A stretch of DNA of 64,000 nucleotides from Vicugna vicugna (taxonomy: Eukaryota). The notes below the pieces were generated by a model. It was not told where the DNA came from. It was given only the letters and a program-made list of their open reading frames with translations, and made no database searches. The stretch spans positions 148,214 to 212,213 of the forward strand of contig MU061544.1 in NCBI GenBank assembly GCA_013265495.1, read 5' to 3'. Position 1 is the first letter of the stretch. Each line of letters opens with the position of its first letter. The translations under genes were made by a program, and so were the position numbers. This document shows, one piece after another, positions 25,410 through 40,189 of the stretch.

Positions 25410-27799
25410 TAGGCATGCTTTCTTATTTCTCTGAGTATGAAAGTGAGTTAAGGAAGGAAGGGAGGAGGGGAAAAGTGAGGGAAGTAAGAAGAAACTTCTA
25501 TGTATCAAGGTAATAGGTAACCTTCTCTCTGGGACTCTGATGGCCGCCACATACCTCCAGTGACTCCCAAGTGAGCTGTGGGACTTGAGATTAGCAAGAG
25601 CCTCTTGTAGACAACTATCTAAGCAGAGGCGGCAGCCCCGTCCTGTCACGACCTTTGCCAGAGTTCTGCCACCTCAAATCTGTCCTCTTTGGCTCCTGGC
25701 TGCTGTTTCCTCTACCCTTGGGAAGTGGTGACAACTTCACAGTGGTTACAGTGGTACCAGAACAACCTTCGCAATAGTCATGTGGTCTAGATCCAGCTGT
25801 CATGTTTCTCAACAATTTTCAGTGATAGCTTTCCAACTTTAGGTTTTAAAGAAACAATAAAAGTCTTTAATGACCCTTAACCTTTATTTTAACAACTGAG
25901 CACTTATCATGTACCAGGAACTGAATTAGATGTTCAAAAGGAAAAAATAAAATAAGGGCAAACCCAAGACCTGCCTTCAAGAAGGCTCTAGTTTCATACC
26001 TTTTAATAGATCTAATTGTGTTTAGTTACAGGTTAAAAAACACATTATAATGGAAATTTCACTTAAGTGCCTAATTGGGAGAACTGGTACACAAATATAC
26101 TTGCTACTTGCTCGTCACCCTCCAAAATCTTTATATCACTGAGCCTATGATTATTATTACAGCAAGAATACACAAAAAAAGCCAATAAATCACAACTTTA
26201 TGTCTACATTCTGGGCTGAGTTTTAGTATAATATTCTTTATGACTCAGCCAACGCAAATGTCAACTCTATCATTTAAATTTAATGGGGAGTACCAATCAT
26301 TCAGTATGCAATTTGAAAATGCATGTGAATCTTTTACAGTCATCCTATAGAACAGGGTACATATCTAGCACACTAAATTTACAATGGTTTAAATTTTTTA
26401 ATGTTTTTTAGAGGTAGTACAGTTATAATGTCACCATCATTGAATCACACTATTTATGAAAATGGGATTATTTTTACTGATGAGGTTTGCAAACGTAATG
26501 TACTAGCTCTTTCAGAATAGCAAAAGAATGTGACATAGTGGAATTTTATCTATTTTACACTTCTATTCATTTATTCATCAATTTATCCATTCATAATTTT
26601 ATAAACCAATAATCAAGAATAATAACTGTCATTTTTTAGTACTTCCTGAACTCTAGACAGTATGCAGGAGACTTGTATTTAGTATATTATTTTAAGCTTT
26701 TAATAATGATGTGATGCTAGATTTACTATTATTCCCACTTTGCAAATGAGAAAGATAAGACTCAGAGATAAACATATTTGTGGTCTCATGGCTATTAAGA
26801 TGCCATAACAGGTCCTTTTTTCTTTACATAATTATGCTTGTCATGTTGTTGTGGCCTTGTTAGGTGATTGGAATGCTATATAGATAGACAAATAAATAAA
26901 TAAATTAGCCCTCATTCTCGGATTTCTGAGTTGGTACTATAATATATAGTATATATTTTCAGTTTAAGATAGAAAACAAGATTATACAGTATTCAGGGAA
27001 ATAATAAAGTGCTTGAAGGAAAATACAGTCAAATGACTTTCAATACTATACTATCAAACTATGAGAAGAAAATACTAAACTTAAGAGAATGCTTTTCACA
27101 TTTAAAGGACCTAGTTATACTCTATTCTAAATAAACCCTTTCCAGGAATTTTGAAATGACTGAAACCCACCTACTTTATTTTACAAACATGTAAAATCCT
27201 CCTAACAAATCCTGTAAAAGATAATTCAGAATAGTAAAATGTGAACCAATAGCGTTTAGAAATCACTGGAAATTCTCAAAGTACTAACACATGAAAAACA
27301 GTAGTATATTTTAAAGGTCATTATCATCAAGTATAGGCCATTGCTTGAATTACAAATACTTTTTCAGCATTTTGAGAGAATCTTATCTCTCTTCTAACAT
27401 AATAACATAGAAAATTACCTTAATGCAATTATGATATCTAAGTAATATCTTAATTCATAAAATATTAGTTAAATTAGATAACTCAAATATAACTGTATTA
27501 AAGAATTTTATACATTATTATATTAAGAAAGAAAATGTTTCTCTCAAAATATGCTGAAAATTTATTTGTTAAAGTCCAACATATCAAACTTACTTTTTTC
27601 TTATTTTAAAAATTATCCACTGCCAAGTTATGACTCAAATTCTAATTAGTACAGTTACGTTATAGTAATTCTCATATAGGGAGAAAAATGATTCTCACTC
27701 TTAATATTATTAAGTAACTCTCTTTCTTCTAGAAGTTCAAGTAAATTCAGTTAGATCTGATAAGAGAACAATTATGGTCACTAAAAATGTATGGGTATA

Positions 27800-29390
27800 A
27801 TCATTACATTTTTCATGTGATGGGATAGCCTCACAGGAGAATAACCTAGTATCTAATGATCAGACTATTCAATAAAGTGTATACACATTTTTTTAAATTA
27901 ATGTTTTTTCTACATATCAGCAATTTCAATTAAAGAATAATCATTTTACCAATAGTTATACATATACATTATAATAAAGTATCTATGAAGAAAGTAAGAA
28001 CATTTTATTGAACATAACATTTTTAAATAAAAGGTACCAAGAATCTTTTATTAGAAACAATATTTTAATGTCAATTTTTTATAACGAACTCTACTTTTAG
28101 TATAATTTAAATTAAAATCTGCAAAGGACTTTTTAGAACCTTATAAAGTTCATAGAAAATTATAAATACATAAGAATGGAAAATAAAATATTCAAAATAA
28201 AATGAAAGCATACTTTCACCAATACATATGTTAAAATATTCTATAAAGATACAATATACAAATCAAGTATTAGAGGGGCCAGTAAACTCAGGTAAGTAAA
28301 GAGGAATCACTGGAAGACCAGAAACAAATAATAAAATTTGTATTAAACATGTGATATCTTATATGCACCCCAATGTTCACAGCAGCATTATTTAAAATCA
28401 CCCAGATATGGAAGCAACCTAAGGATCAATCAACAGATGAATGAATAAAGAAGATGGAATATCATTCAGCCATAAAAAAAGAATGAAAGTTTGCCATTTG
28501 CAACAGCATGGATCGACGTGGAGGGTATTACGCTTAGTGAAGTAAGTCAGACAGAGAAAGATGAATGCTGTATGTTATTAGCTATATGTGAAATCTAAAA
28601 AAATAAAACAAACTAGTCACTATAACAAAAAGGAACAGACTCACAAATACTGAGATAGGACATGACACATACACTTATCATATGACCACAATGAGATACC
28701 ACTTCACATCCACTAAGATGGCTACAATAAAAAGAAAATAACAAGTGTTGGTGAGGACACAGAGAAATTGAAACCCTCAGACTTTTCTGGTGAGAATACA
28801 GAAAGGTACAGCTTCTATGGAAAACAGTTTAGCAATTCCTCAAAAAGGTAAATATAAAATTACCATGTGACTCTGCAATTGTACTGCTATATATTTTCAG
28901 TATATATCCAAAATTATTGAAAAGAAGGGTTCAAACAAAAATTTGTACACAATGTTTACAGCAGTATTATTAATAGCCAAATGGTGGAAGCAACCCAATA
29001 TCCATCAAAGAATGAATGGATAAATAAAACATAGTATATTCATACAATGGAAAAGCACTCAGTCATGAAGTGGAATAAAGATCTGAGATATGTTACATGA
29101 GTGAACCTTGAAAACATTATGCTAAGTGAAGCAAGGCAGTCACAAAAGATCACATACTAAATAATTCAATTTTTACGAAATGTTCAAATAGGAAAATCCA
29201 GGTCTTAATAGTGAGGGTGATAAGGCATGAGAGCTAAAGGGTATAGGGGTGACTTTAAGTTGATAAAACTCTACTAAAATTGTGTCAATGGCTGCACATA
29301 AAAAAAAATTAACTTGTACAACTTAAATAGGTGTGCTAGATGGTAGGTGGATTTTCTCAATTAACCTGTAATTTTTAAAAAAAAGGTGAA
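27800..29390 (+). mobile_element. Stack of L1 fragments (old L1M ORF2, younger 3'UTR at ~28360-28655, L1MB-type 3' end at ~28680-29385)
   Basis: atgcaccccaatgttcac, gagataccacttcacatccact, aaccttgaaaacattatgctaagtgaa. Confidence 0.7.
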
Positions 29391-30821
29391 GCAAAACCGT
29401 GACAATAAGGGTCAGAATATCTGTTGCCTCCGGGAGTGAGGTGGGTTTGTACTCACTGCAAAGAGGTACCTTTTGGTGGTAGTTGCAGAGGTGTATACAT
29501 TTATCAAGTCTAACCTACAAAAGGTCTATCTGAACTAAGGCAAGTGATATGAATTTCAAAATCACTAAAAATAAGAAAAATATCATATATATGTGAAGAT
29601 ATATGTACCTCACTAGTAGTCACAGATAATCCAATTTAGATAAGCTATATTCTTTGTCAATCAAATTGAATAAAACATATACATTTGTTATTTTGGGGAG
29701 CAAGGGTTCACAGGATCTACTGTTTCTGTGACTTGTGACAACTATTTGGAAGACTATTTAAAATATATAACAAAAGCCTGAAAAATGTGTTTTCACTTTA
29801 GCTCCCAAACTCAAAATTCAGTCCTGTATATCCTAAGAGATTTACTAGCCAAAATTTTAAATAATCCAAGTAAAATATCATTTATTGCATTATTTCTAAA
29901 AGTAATAAAACTGGATAGTCTGTTAATCAATTTAACAATTGAGTAAAAACAGCTATGTTCCAAATTACTATCTACATCACAACCCATTTTTGCTTAACTT
30001 TTAGATACAAATATTAATAATTCATAAAACAAAATATTGAATGTTACATACCAAAATGTTTATTATGTTTTGGTTTATTTGCTTTTTTATAATGAATATG
30101 TACTCTTTGCATAAAATACAAAACAAGGTATGCTCAACAGTGTCAAATGCAATAGACAGACTCATAAGAATAAATATTTTTTAAAAAATATCACAGGTTT
30201 TGGAAATGAGAATGTCTTGGATGACATTAGCAGTCACATTACCAGTTTCAGAGGGAAAAATAGGGGCAGAAGCCAGATTGTGATGGATTTAAAAATTAAA
30301 GGTAGAATCAGTAGAAATTGAAAAGTCAGAGAAGTCTTTTAGGAAGTTTGTATGAGGAAAGAAAGATTGTATGGCAGCTAGATAGGATTAAAATTCAAGA
30401 AACATATTTAAGCTGCTAGAAACCTCAGCATGTGTGACTATGATGGAGAACAAGTAAAGAAATTGAAGAGACCAAAGAATGGTGACCATCAATGAAATAA
30501 GATTCCAAGGAAGGAAGGTGTCAAAGCTACAGATGGAATGAGTGGCCTTAATCAGAGTGCAATTCAATTAAATGCAGGAAGAAAAGGTGGATGCAGAGGT
30601 TTTTCGGTTTGGGAGCAAAGTGTTGAATGAGAGCAATTTTCTCACTAGTGTCAATGTAAACTAGGTGATTCCCTGAGAATGAGATGCCTGACCACGGCTG
30701 CAAAAGAAGGGTGATGAGGAATAGTCACTGAAGGACAGGGATAGGATCAGGAACTGAACGCAGACAAACACACAGATTCTTGGCAAAGTTCTAGGAGCTG
30801 AGATAAAGTTGGAATATTTGG

Positions 30822-31831
30822 AGAGTGGGAGTAAACATTTGCAAATTATGTGAATGACAAGGGACTAACTTCCAAAATATACAAACAGCTTATACACCTT
30901 AATATCAAAAAACAAGCAACCCAATCAAAAAATGGGCAGAAGACCTAAATAGACATCTCTCCAAAGAAGATATCCAGATGGCTAACAAGCACATGAAGAG
31001 ATGCTCAACATCACTAATTGTTAGAGAAATGCAAATCAAAACTACAATGAGATATCACCTCACACCAGCCAGAATGGCCATCATTAAAAAGTCCACAAAT
31101 GATAAATATTGGTGAGGGTATAGAGAAAAGGGAACCCTCCTACACTGTTGGTGGGAATGTAAATTGGTGCAGCCACTATGGAGGACAGTATGGTGGTTCC
31201 TTAAAAAACTAAAAATAGAGCAACCATATGATCCAGCAATCCTACTTCTGGGCATATACCTGGAGAAAAATATAATTCAAAAAGACACATGCACCCCAGT
31301 GTTCATACCAACACTATTTACAATAGCCAAGACATGAAAACAACCCAAATGTCCATCAACAGATGACTGGATAAAGAAGATGTAATACACATACACATAA
31401 ACATGCATGCAATGGAATACTACTCAGCCATAAAAAAGAATAAAATAATGCCATTTGCAGCAACTCAGATGGACCTGGAGATTGTCATTCTAAGTGAAGT
31501 AAGCCAGAAAGAGAAAGAAAAATGCCTTATGATACCACTCATAACTGGAATCTAAAAAAAATGACACAAATGAACTTATGTACAAAACAGAAATAGACTC
31601 ACAGACACAGAGAACAAACTTATGGTTACCAGAGGGTAAAGGGGATGGGAAGGGATAAATCGGGGATTTGAAAATTGCACCTCTTGGGGAGTGATGGAAA
31701 TGTTAGCTATCATGATTATGGTAATGGTTTCATTGGTGTATACATCTATCAAAATTCATCAAATTGTACCTGTGAAATATATGTAGTTTACTGTATAGGA
31801 ACCATACCACAATAAAGGTGTTAATAAATAA
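30822..31831 (+). mobile_element. 5'-truncated L1 (~1 kb) with 19-bp TSD, in L2-like sequence
   Basis: TSD ataaagttggaa(t/c)atttgg at 30803-30821 and 31832-31850; well-preserved ORF2 C-terminus and 3'UTR. Confidence 0.92.
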
Positions 31832-34800
31832 ATAAAGTTGGAACATTTGGGTCTGTCATGGTACTAATCCTCATGTATACATGATTTTTATTACAGCCAC
31901 TTAGCCACCCACGGGAACAGAATGAAAAGGCCAACTGTAATAGATCCAGAGTATGAAAGGACACAAGGTCAATAATAGTGTCAATTATTGTATATGGTTT
32001 CAGGTAGGAAATAGTTCTGGGTGAGCAATGTTGTGGTCCTGAGATTGAGTAGCCTGAGTAGGATTATGGTAACAGTGGCAGGTCCCCAGCCGCATAACTA
32101 AGATATTAGATGCACTGTCTTCAAAGGTGTTTAACTGTCCTTAAATTTTACCAAAAAGTTGTTTTGGAGAGAAAAATCTACCAGCCAGAACTCAGATCAT
32201 CTGGGAAATAAATGATGAAGTAATGAAAATATCAGCCGAAAAGAAATAAGAGCTTTTATAAAAGAGTGCTAAGAATGTTCCAGAAACAGCTTGGAAATTC
32301 TAACTTCTGCTGTTTTCAGATGGTATGGAGATATGAACAATGGGACAGAAAAATATGATCAGGGATCAAATTCTTTTATCTTGTTAAAATATTCAAAATG
32401 TGTAAATAAGAGTATCTGTGCGCATGTGCATGCACACGTACACATGTCATAGTATCAGAAAACTGCTTTTCCTAAATATTATATTCATTTAAACTTAAAC
32501 TTACTGATTTTAAAATTAGATTTCTTACCACCAATGAATCATGCATTTCATGTCTTTTAAGCGAATTTTGAATTGTCAGCTTATAAATTTTATTTGTAAT
32601 AAAAATGCATCATAAAAATATCATATAAGACATAATATAATACATACTACATATAAGTAAATATATATTCTAAATAATCATATATAATCACTATTATATA
32701 ATTATTGCTCATTTACTTTTAGTCTGTATTAATTTTCCATTTATTTTAAAACAAATTCTACTTTAGATTATTTGTGATAATTCTTTTCAATATTATATTT
32801 TAAGACCAATGCCCAAGTATTTTTGGTAGCCATTTCCTTTTTAAAAGTTATTTGATTAAGTCAATACTCTGGTGTAATTTGGTCATCTGAAAGAATTACA
32901 CTGAAACTAGTACCCATTTTTCACTTTCTTAAAAAAAGAAATACGTATTATGCAACATTTATTACTTCATCTATCCATTATTTAAGTGAGAAAGCTTAAT
33001 CTATAGTCTACATTTCTCTACCACAAACTCAAATAATTCCAAAAGAATACAAAGTATGCATTTTGGTGAATAATTTCACAATGTATTTATGTATTGCATT
33101 TGCTGTGGTAAATTTTCTTTGGCTTTTTAATGATGCACAGAAATGAGCCTCAGTGTTTAAAGATGCAACACACTGGAAATAGTTTTACGGAACAAATAAT
33201 TAGCCTTTTGGAAGTGTGTGTTCATTTTACACAGCAATCTGTTCCTTCATCTCCTCCTCCTTCCTGTTTTGAAGGCAATCGTGTGTGTTACGTGCACCAT
33301 CTGCAGCCTCACTGACAGGTGCAGGGTCAGTATTATCCCTCCAAGCATGGAGCTTAGTGCAAGCTGGAAATTCCACCAAGGCAATTTAGGAGATTTTGAA
33401 ACCAACCAAACACTGACAGCTTATTTTACCAGTAGATATGAGCATTCATTAGAAATGCCTGCAATTGTACTTTCAAGGCCACATATACATAGATTTATCT
33501 GATTTGAGACATTATCCAAAAATAGGTTGATACCAATAATGCACCTTTTCACTACACGTAGATGAGAAATGATACAAAAGAAAATTTAGCAACGTGTCAT
33601 GAATTTAGCAACACAAATTATTTGGTTGGATTAATATGAACAACATTTTAACATCTTTCTGCTAAGACCCCTTTAGTCTTCACTCGACTGGGATATTGAC
33701 AAGTTAGGACAGGAACAGTCCCTGTGAACCTATTTAGAGTTGTCAACAGTTGAGGAGATGTATTTGGAGTCCCAAATGGGAAACCTGCCATTTCCCTTTG
33801 GTGTCATGTCATACATAAACATACATACATACATAATTAGCTTCTATAACTCAATTATACTATTAATGAAATTAACATCTGTGAATTAGTCAAGGTGATT
33901 AACCATTATTTTTAACACCAATTCAGTTAACCCTAGCAGTATTCTTGAAATTTCATATACTTTCCTGACCTGCAGGCTCAGCCCCTGTCTAGTATATAGG
34001 ATTCATCCTGAACTTCCACAGGATATTATCTTAGTAAATTCATCTTGATTCAGGATTTTTCTTCAACTTTAAAAAATCACTAGCCCTTAGTAATCACACT
34101 GAAAATAGATGCATGTTTTCGGGGCAGTCACATATTAACCACTTTTTGAGACAGGGGCATTAAAATGAGTATGACAGTTTATTACTTTAGAATTAGAAAC
34201 CCTGTCCATAACAAAACCTAAAACAATGTATGCCTATCAATAGGGAGCAGGTGAGAGAAATTAAATTGGAGCCATGTCACAGAACACTAGTTATTAAATT
34301 ATTAAATAATCTCTGATACATGAGCATATAGAAAATATGTACAAGAAATATTAATACTTATTGCCCCCAGCACAGAGGTCTGGGATGGAAAAGAGTAGAA
34401 TTGCCATGATGTAACTGTACCCCCACGACCAGCAAGGTGCCTTTATGTAGACACATTTATGCTTGATACCACCTATTCTCAAAAGGCTGCTTGGTCTGCA
34501 GGGAATAAAGGAAAAGTAATTTCAAAATACTTTTTAAAATGTTTAATTTCATGATATTAAAATAATGGTTAATGAAATTAGGACAGAGAGCTTTGCCTTG
34601 GGGATTCTACCACTCAAACTGTGCTGGGCTTTTCCCCTGGATATCGCTTTGATGAATTGTCAGTATTTCCTGTGTTACTTCAGCTTTTCTGTACATTCAT
34701 TGCAAGCCAGCTCCCTTTTATTAATATGTTCTCTCTTTAGGTATGTAATGAATTTCTATGTAGCCAAAGGTCATCTTACCTGGAATGCTGCCATAAATAT

Positions 34801-35979
34801 TGTGCTCTAGTTTCAATATTCATTGCATTCTAATTACTATATATTTTCTATTACTACTACAATAATATACTATCATACATTAATGGATTTTCCTCCACTT
34901 GCTTATCAAGAGGACTTTTGGCTTATCTTGAATACCAATCTTCTTTTAGATAATGTTAAAACTACTTTTCTCTCCATGTACTTTCATGCAAATTAGTATC
35001 TGATGTACTACTCCCTGAATCAGTTTGTTTACTTTTTCATGTAACACAGAGGGACTTAACTGACCTTTTTCATTTCATATGAAGTCAGAGTTTATCAAAT
35101 AATTCTAGAGTAAACTTGACTTCAGTGATGTGTGCCAGCAGGTAGTCCAATAATTCTGTATCACCAATAAATCATGTACATATGATATAAGCAATTTTGT
35201 AATTTTTCATTCTTTCAGAAAGTCTAGTTTTGGTTCTAGGGTGGATGAGTTGAAAGGGCTAAAGAAGAAAGCCATCTTTACTCTTGTTTCTCCACCTCAT
35301 TTTTCAGTGTTTCATGGGACTACGTTTTAGTATCATTTTTCTACCATTTCCCTCTACCATACTATGATTTTTCAAACCAACAAATTTCATCAGAAATCCT
35401 GACAATAGTTCTCATACAAATTTACATTTGTACCTGAAACAAAGTTCTCTTCCTCCATCATGGACCATAAAATGAAAATGCATAATTATCTTAAGGAAAA
35501 CCTTGAAATAGGAAGAAGGCATTTTGAGACCACTTTCCCTCAAATTTGAATATGATGTTGCCTTTTCACTCACAAATAAAGTCAGCATTTTAGATTCATG
35601 CTGAAGAATTTTTTGACTGCATTTGTAATTTAAGGCTATTATCTACTTAATCAAAATTGTCTTCAGTGAAAAAACGGTAAAAAAATATCACGGAGAAAAA
35701 GAGTAAATTTGGCTAAATGTCACTCTGGGTCTGCTTTTAGTCATGCTATGTAGACACATATCTTAACCATGATTTTAAAATAATACTTTCCTCTTCCAAA
35801 CCAGGATTCTGCTAATAATATAATAACAACAATAATAATAGTGATCTCTTGAGTACTATGCTAAGAGGTTTTGCATTCTATATCTTATTTCTACCTAATA
35901 ACCTAATGGAGTATTACTTCTCTGTGCTGATGGAGATAGAGATGCAAGGAGAGTAAGTTAAAGAAAACAAAGATTTTTA

Positions 35980-36493
35980 ACAACACTTTTCAATCCATGT
36001 TATCTTGGGGATGCTTTATATACTTAAAGTTACTGAGGATCCCAAAGAGCTTTAGTTCATATAGATTATATCTATCAATATTTACCATGTTACAAATTAA
36101 AACAAACATTTTAAAGATATATCCATTATTTCATTTAAAGTGATTATTAATAAGCACTTTACATATTAATCAAAAACGTATTTTATGAAAAATATACTTT
36201 CACAAAAAATTTAGTGAAAAGAGTGGTAATTTTCTCTTTTTTTACATTTTTACAAATCTTTTGAATTATCAGCTTAATATAGGATAGCTGGGTTCTCATA
36301 CATGCTTCTGTGTCCAATTTGTTGCAATATCTTATTTCATGTAGCCTTTGGAAAACTGCACCATACATTCATGAGAGAATGAGGGTGAAAAGGCAACATT
36401 TTAATATTACTATGAAAATAGTTTTGACCTCACAGATACCTGAAAGGGTCTTAGTGGCCTCCAGTATCCCATAGTACACATAAAGAACTGCTG
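35980..36493. mobile_element. Non-autonomous hAT element (Charlie1b-like)
   Basis: gaggatcccaaagagcttt...aatttagtgaaaagagtgg...atgaaaatagttttgacctc...gaactgctg; homologous to the ends of the element at 480-2322. Confidence 0.8.
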
Positions 36494-37058
36494 ACTTCAT
36501 AGATTAGACGATGAATCATTCTCAGCTTCACACTTTAGTTTGTGAACTGATTCATGAATTTTCCCTACCCTAAACCCTAGGTCACCCCATAATGCTGTTA
36601 AATTTGATTACTATCTGGAATTGGGAATAATAAAAAGAGGGGCGTATTAACGAGGACTAGGTAGTATGGGAAAAACTACATCTGTGAGTTTATGTATAAC
36701 ATGTGTATATAATTCAGGTATCTGTAATTTGGCCTATGTTGTTATTATTTCACTGTGTTTATAAAATCCTTATGGAGAAATATCCTGGCATGATGATGGT
36801 GATGTGTCTGCAATCTAATACATATAGAATTATCTTGTATCATTCTATAGCATAAATACTAGGATAAGTTAAATTAAAATGTGTTAGGTAAATTGATGTT
36901 CACCAAATAAGAGATAAACCTGCCAAAATTCAGACTTATACATAACTACATTGTCATTCATTAATTCATTTTCAATTTAATTCATATTTATTGGGCATGT
37001 AATTCATGTCAGGTACTGTTGTAAGTACAGTACATATACTAGGTGAATTAAAGAAAGA

Positions 37059-37084
37059 GTGTGTGTGTGTGTGTGTGTGTGTGT
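37059..37084. repeat. (GT)13 microsatellite
   Basis: Direct reading. Confidence 0.95.
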
Positions 37085-38004
37085 ACAAAACAATTTAAGG
37101 CCAAGTTCATATTTCTAAAGTCTCAAGTGTTTTAATAAAGCAAGCTCATTGAATTTTGCTCTTTTTAACAATAAAAAAGGAACCAATTTACAGTATGATA
37201 TAAGAGGCATTATAATCTTGAGAAACTTCTTGGGTATTATTCAAAATATTGTGGAAAGCCATTACTGGGTTATGTGGAGAGAACAGGAATAATCTAATTT
37301 AGGTTTTTATAATGTCAATGTGGTAATTTTGTACAGAATGGGCTGCAGAGGGGCAAAAATTGAATACAGGAAGATGAGTTAGAAAACTATTAGTATTGTT
37401 CACATAAGAGCTAATTGCAATTGAAACTGTGGTCGTGATACAGCTTTCAAGAAGTGACCAGATTCAGAGGAAATTTTAAAGTAGTCCTAGCCAAATATGT
37501 TGATGGATTTTATGCAGTGGATAAAGAAACAAGAGAAATTAAGAAAGACTTCCAAATTAAGAACCAGGAAGAGACATACTGGTGGAGTTATATATCAGAA
37601 AGTTAAAGAGTTACACTTGAGTCATATTAACTTTAAATTGCCTATTAGATAACTTCATAGCATAACTGTATATAAGGCTTAATTGATCATTTGCACTTAA
37701 CTGATGAGTTTCTATTTGTTACTAATGTAATATACAGTGGAAACATAAATTCAATCCAAGCATTTAACCAACTATATTGTTAAAAATAAATTAACTCTCC
37801 ATTAACTTTCAAAGTTTCTGAAGTGCATAGGACACTATTAAGCTATTTTCCATTAACCATTACCAAAAGGCATGAATTTGGTTAAGGGATCTAGGGTATG
37901 CCAGACATCCATATGTGCAAATGTTTCTCTCTTCTCTTTTAAAAATTTCAGTATAACTTTTTGAGATATTTTTTGTATTCAAATTCTGTCATTTCTTTAT
38001 TTAA

Positions 38005-38697
38005 ATTTAAAATCAAGTCTATGGAAATATAGTTTACATGTAATAAGATTCATCAATTTTATGTGTGCAATTCAGTGAGTTCTGACATGTATTTAGTTGT
38101 GAGATGACCATCAAAATCATGATACAGAACATCTCCATCAGCCCAACATGTTCTATTGTGATCGAGTAAAGTCACTCCCCTCCTTAAACTGGTGGTCTCT
38201 GGTACCTATTGATTCACTTTCTGTAACTATAATTTTGTCTTTTCTATAAATTTCACATATGTGGAATCAAAGAGTATGCTTTTAAGTTTCAGTCAAATTG
38301 TTGCATATATCAGTCCATTACATTTTATTGGTCAATAGTATAGAAATACCAAATGAGAAAGTATCAAAATGTTTTTATACATTTTTTGACTTTTATGAAT
38401 AAAGCTGCCATGAACATTCAAGTACAAGTCTTGGGGTAGACATATATTTTCATTTCTCTTAAGTAAATGCTTACAAGTGGGATTGCTGAGTCATTGTTAA
38501 ATCTATATTCAACTTTATATAATACTTAAACTTTTCTAAAGTTGTTGCACCTTTTTGTATTCACATCAGCAAACTATGAAAGGTCTAGTTGCTGTATATC
38601 TTCACCAAAACATGCTATTAATGGATTCTAAATTTCAGTTATCTTCATGTGTGTATAATACAATTGAACTGTGTTTTTAATTTGCTTTTTTCTGATG
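38005..38697 (-). mobile_element. Old L1 (L1MB/ME-type) 3' end
   Basis: Antisense motifs: atacagaacatctccatca, tatgaataaagctgccatgaacattc. Confidence 0.7.
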
Positions 38698-40127
38698 AAA
38701 GAAGTCTTTCAAATTGAAGTGAACAGAGGCTAACCCAGTAAAACAAAACTATACAAAAATGCAAAACACCCTGGTAAAAATATAGACAACTATAGAATCC
38801 TGTAGTATTGGAATGTAGGTATGAAAATCACTTTAAAATTCAGTCTAGGAATTTTAAAAACAAATGCAAAAAAGTAATTATAAATCTGTGTTAATGGATA
38901 TGTGATATAAAACACATAATTCGTGTCATCAGTACCATACACTGGGAGGTGGGGTACAGAGATAAAAAGCAGTTCAGTTTTTATATGTGGTTCAAATTGT
39001 TATCCCTTTAAAATATATTGTTATAACTTTAAGGTGTTTTACAGAATTGTAATGGTAACCCAAAAGAAAATATCTTTAGAATATACACAAAGTGAAATGA
39101 GAAGAAAACCAAAACTTATCATTAAAAAAAATCAATAAAACACACAAAAAAAGGTAAAAAGGCAGAAAGACAGGAAAGGATGGACAAAAAAGCTCTAAGG
39201 CAGATAGAAAATAATTAACAAAATGGCATCAGTAAGTCCTTCCCTATCAGTAGTGAGTTTAAATGTTAATGAATTAAATCCTCTAATTAAAAGACACAGA
39301 TTGGCTGATTAGGCTGAGAAAAATAAGATTCAACTATATGCTATCTATAGTAGACTCACTTTAAATCTAAGGACACATATAGACTGAAAGTGAAAAGAGA
39401 GAAAAAGATATTTCATGCAAACAGGAATCTAAAGTGAACAGGGGTAGCCATAATTACATCAGACAAAATAGACTTCGAGTCAAAAGCTGTCACAAGAAAC
39501 AAAAAAAGGACATTATATAATGACAAAAGGGTCAATTCACTAGGAAGATATAACGTGCATAAATATATATATACAGCTAAGAGGAGAGCTCCCAAATATA
39601 TGAAGCAAACATTCACAGAACTGTAGAGAAACAGACAGCAATATAATAATAATAGGAGAATTCCATACCCCACTTTCAGTTATCCATATGACAACCATAC
39701 AGAAAATCAGTAAGGCAACAGAGGACTTGAGCAACACCACAGACCAATTGGACCTAACAAACATGTACAGTATTCTCCACCTAACAACAGCAGAATGAGC
39801 ATTCTTAGCAAGTGCACACGGAAAATTTCCCAAGATAGATCACATGTTAGCCACAAAGCAAGTATTAACAAATTTAAGAAAACGGAAACCTTACAAAATA
39901 TCTTCTTTGACCACAATAGAATGAAATTAGAACACAGTAACAGAAGGAAAATAGGAAAATCCACAAATAGATGGAAATCAAACAAGTCATTTTTAAACAA
40001 CCAGTGAATCAAAGGAGAAATCACAAGGGAATTTAGAAAATCTCTTGGAAAAATGAGAACAAAAACAAAACAAAACTTACAGGATGCAGCAAAAGAGGTA
40101 TCGTGAGGGAAGTTCATAAATGCTTAC

Positions 40128-40128
<1 letters not shown>

Positions 40129-40175
<47 letters not shown>

Positions 40176-40189
40176 AAAAAAAAAAAAAA
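40129..40189 (+). repeat. A45-CC-A14 homopolymer inside L1 ORF2
   Basis: Direct reading. Confidence 0.9.

Noticed and set aside
7910..34995. Several octamer motifs (ATGCAAAT/ATTTGCAT near 7910, 9461, 10988, 34986)
   Set aside because: Expected by chance in DNA this AT-rich; no supporting context
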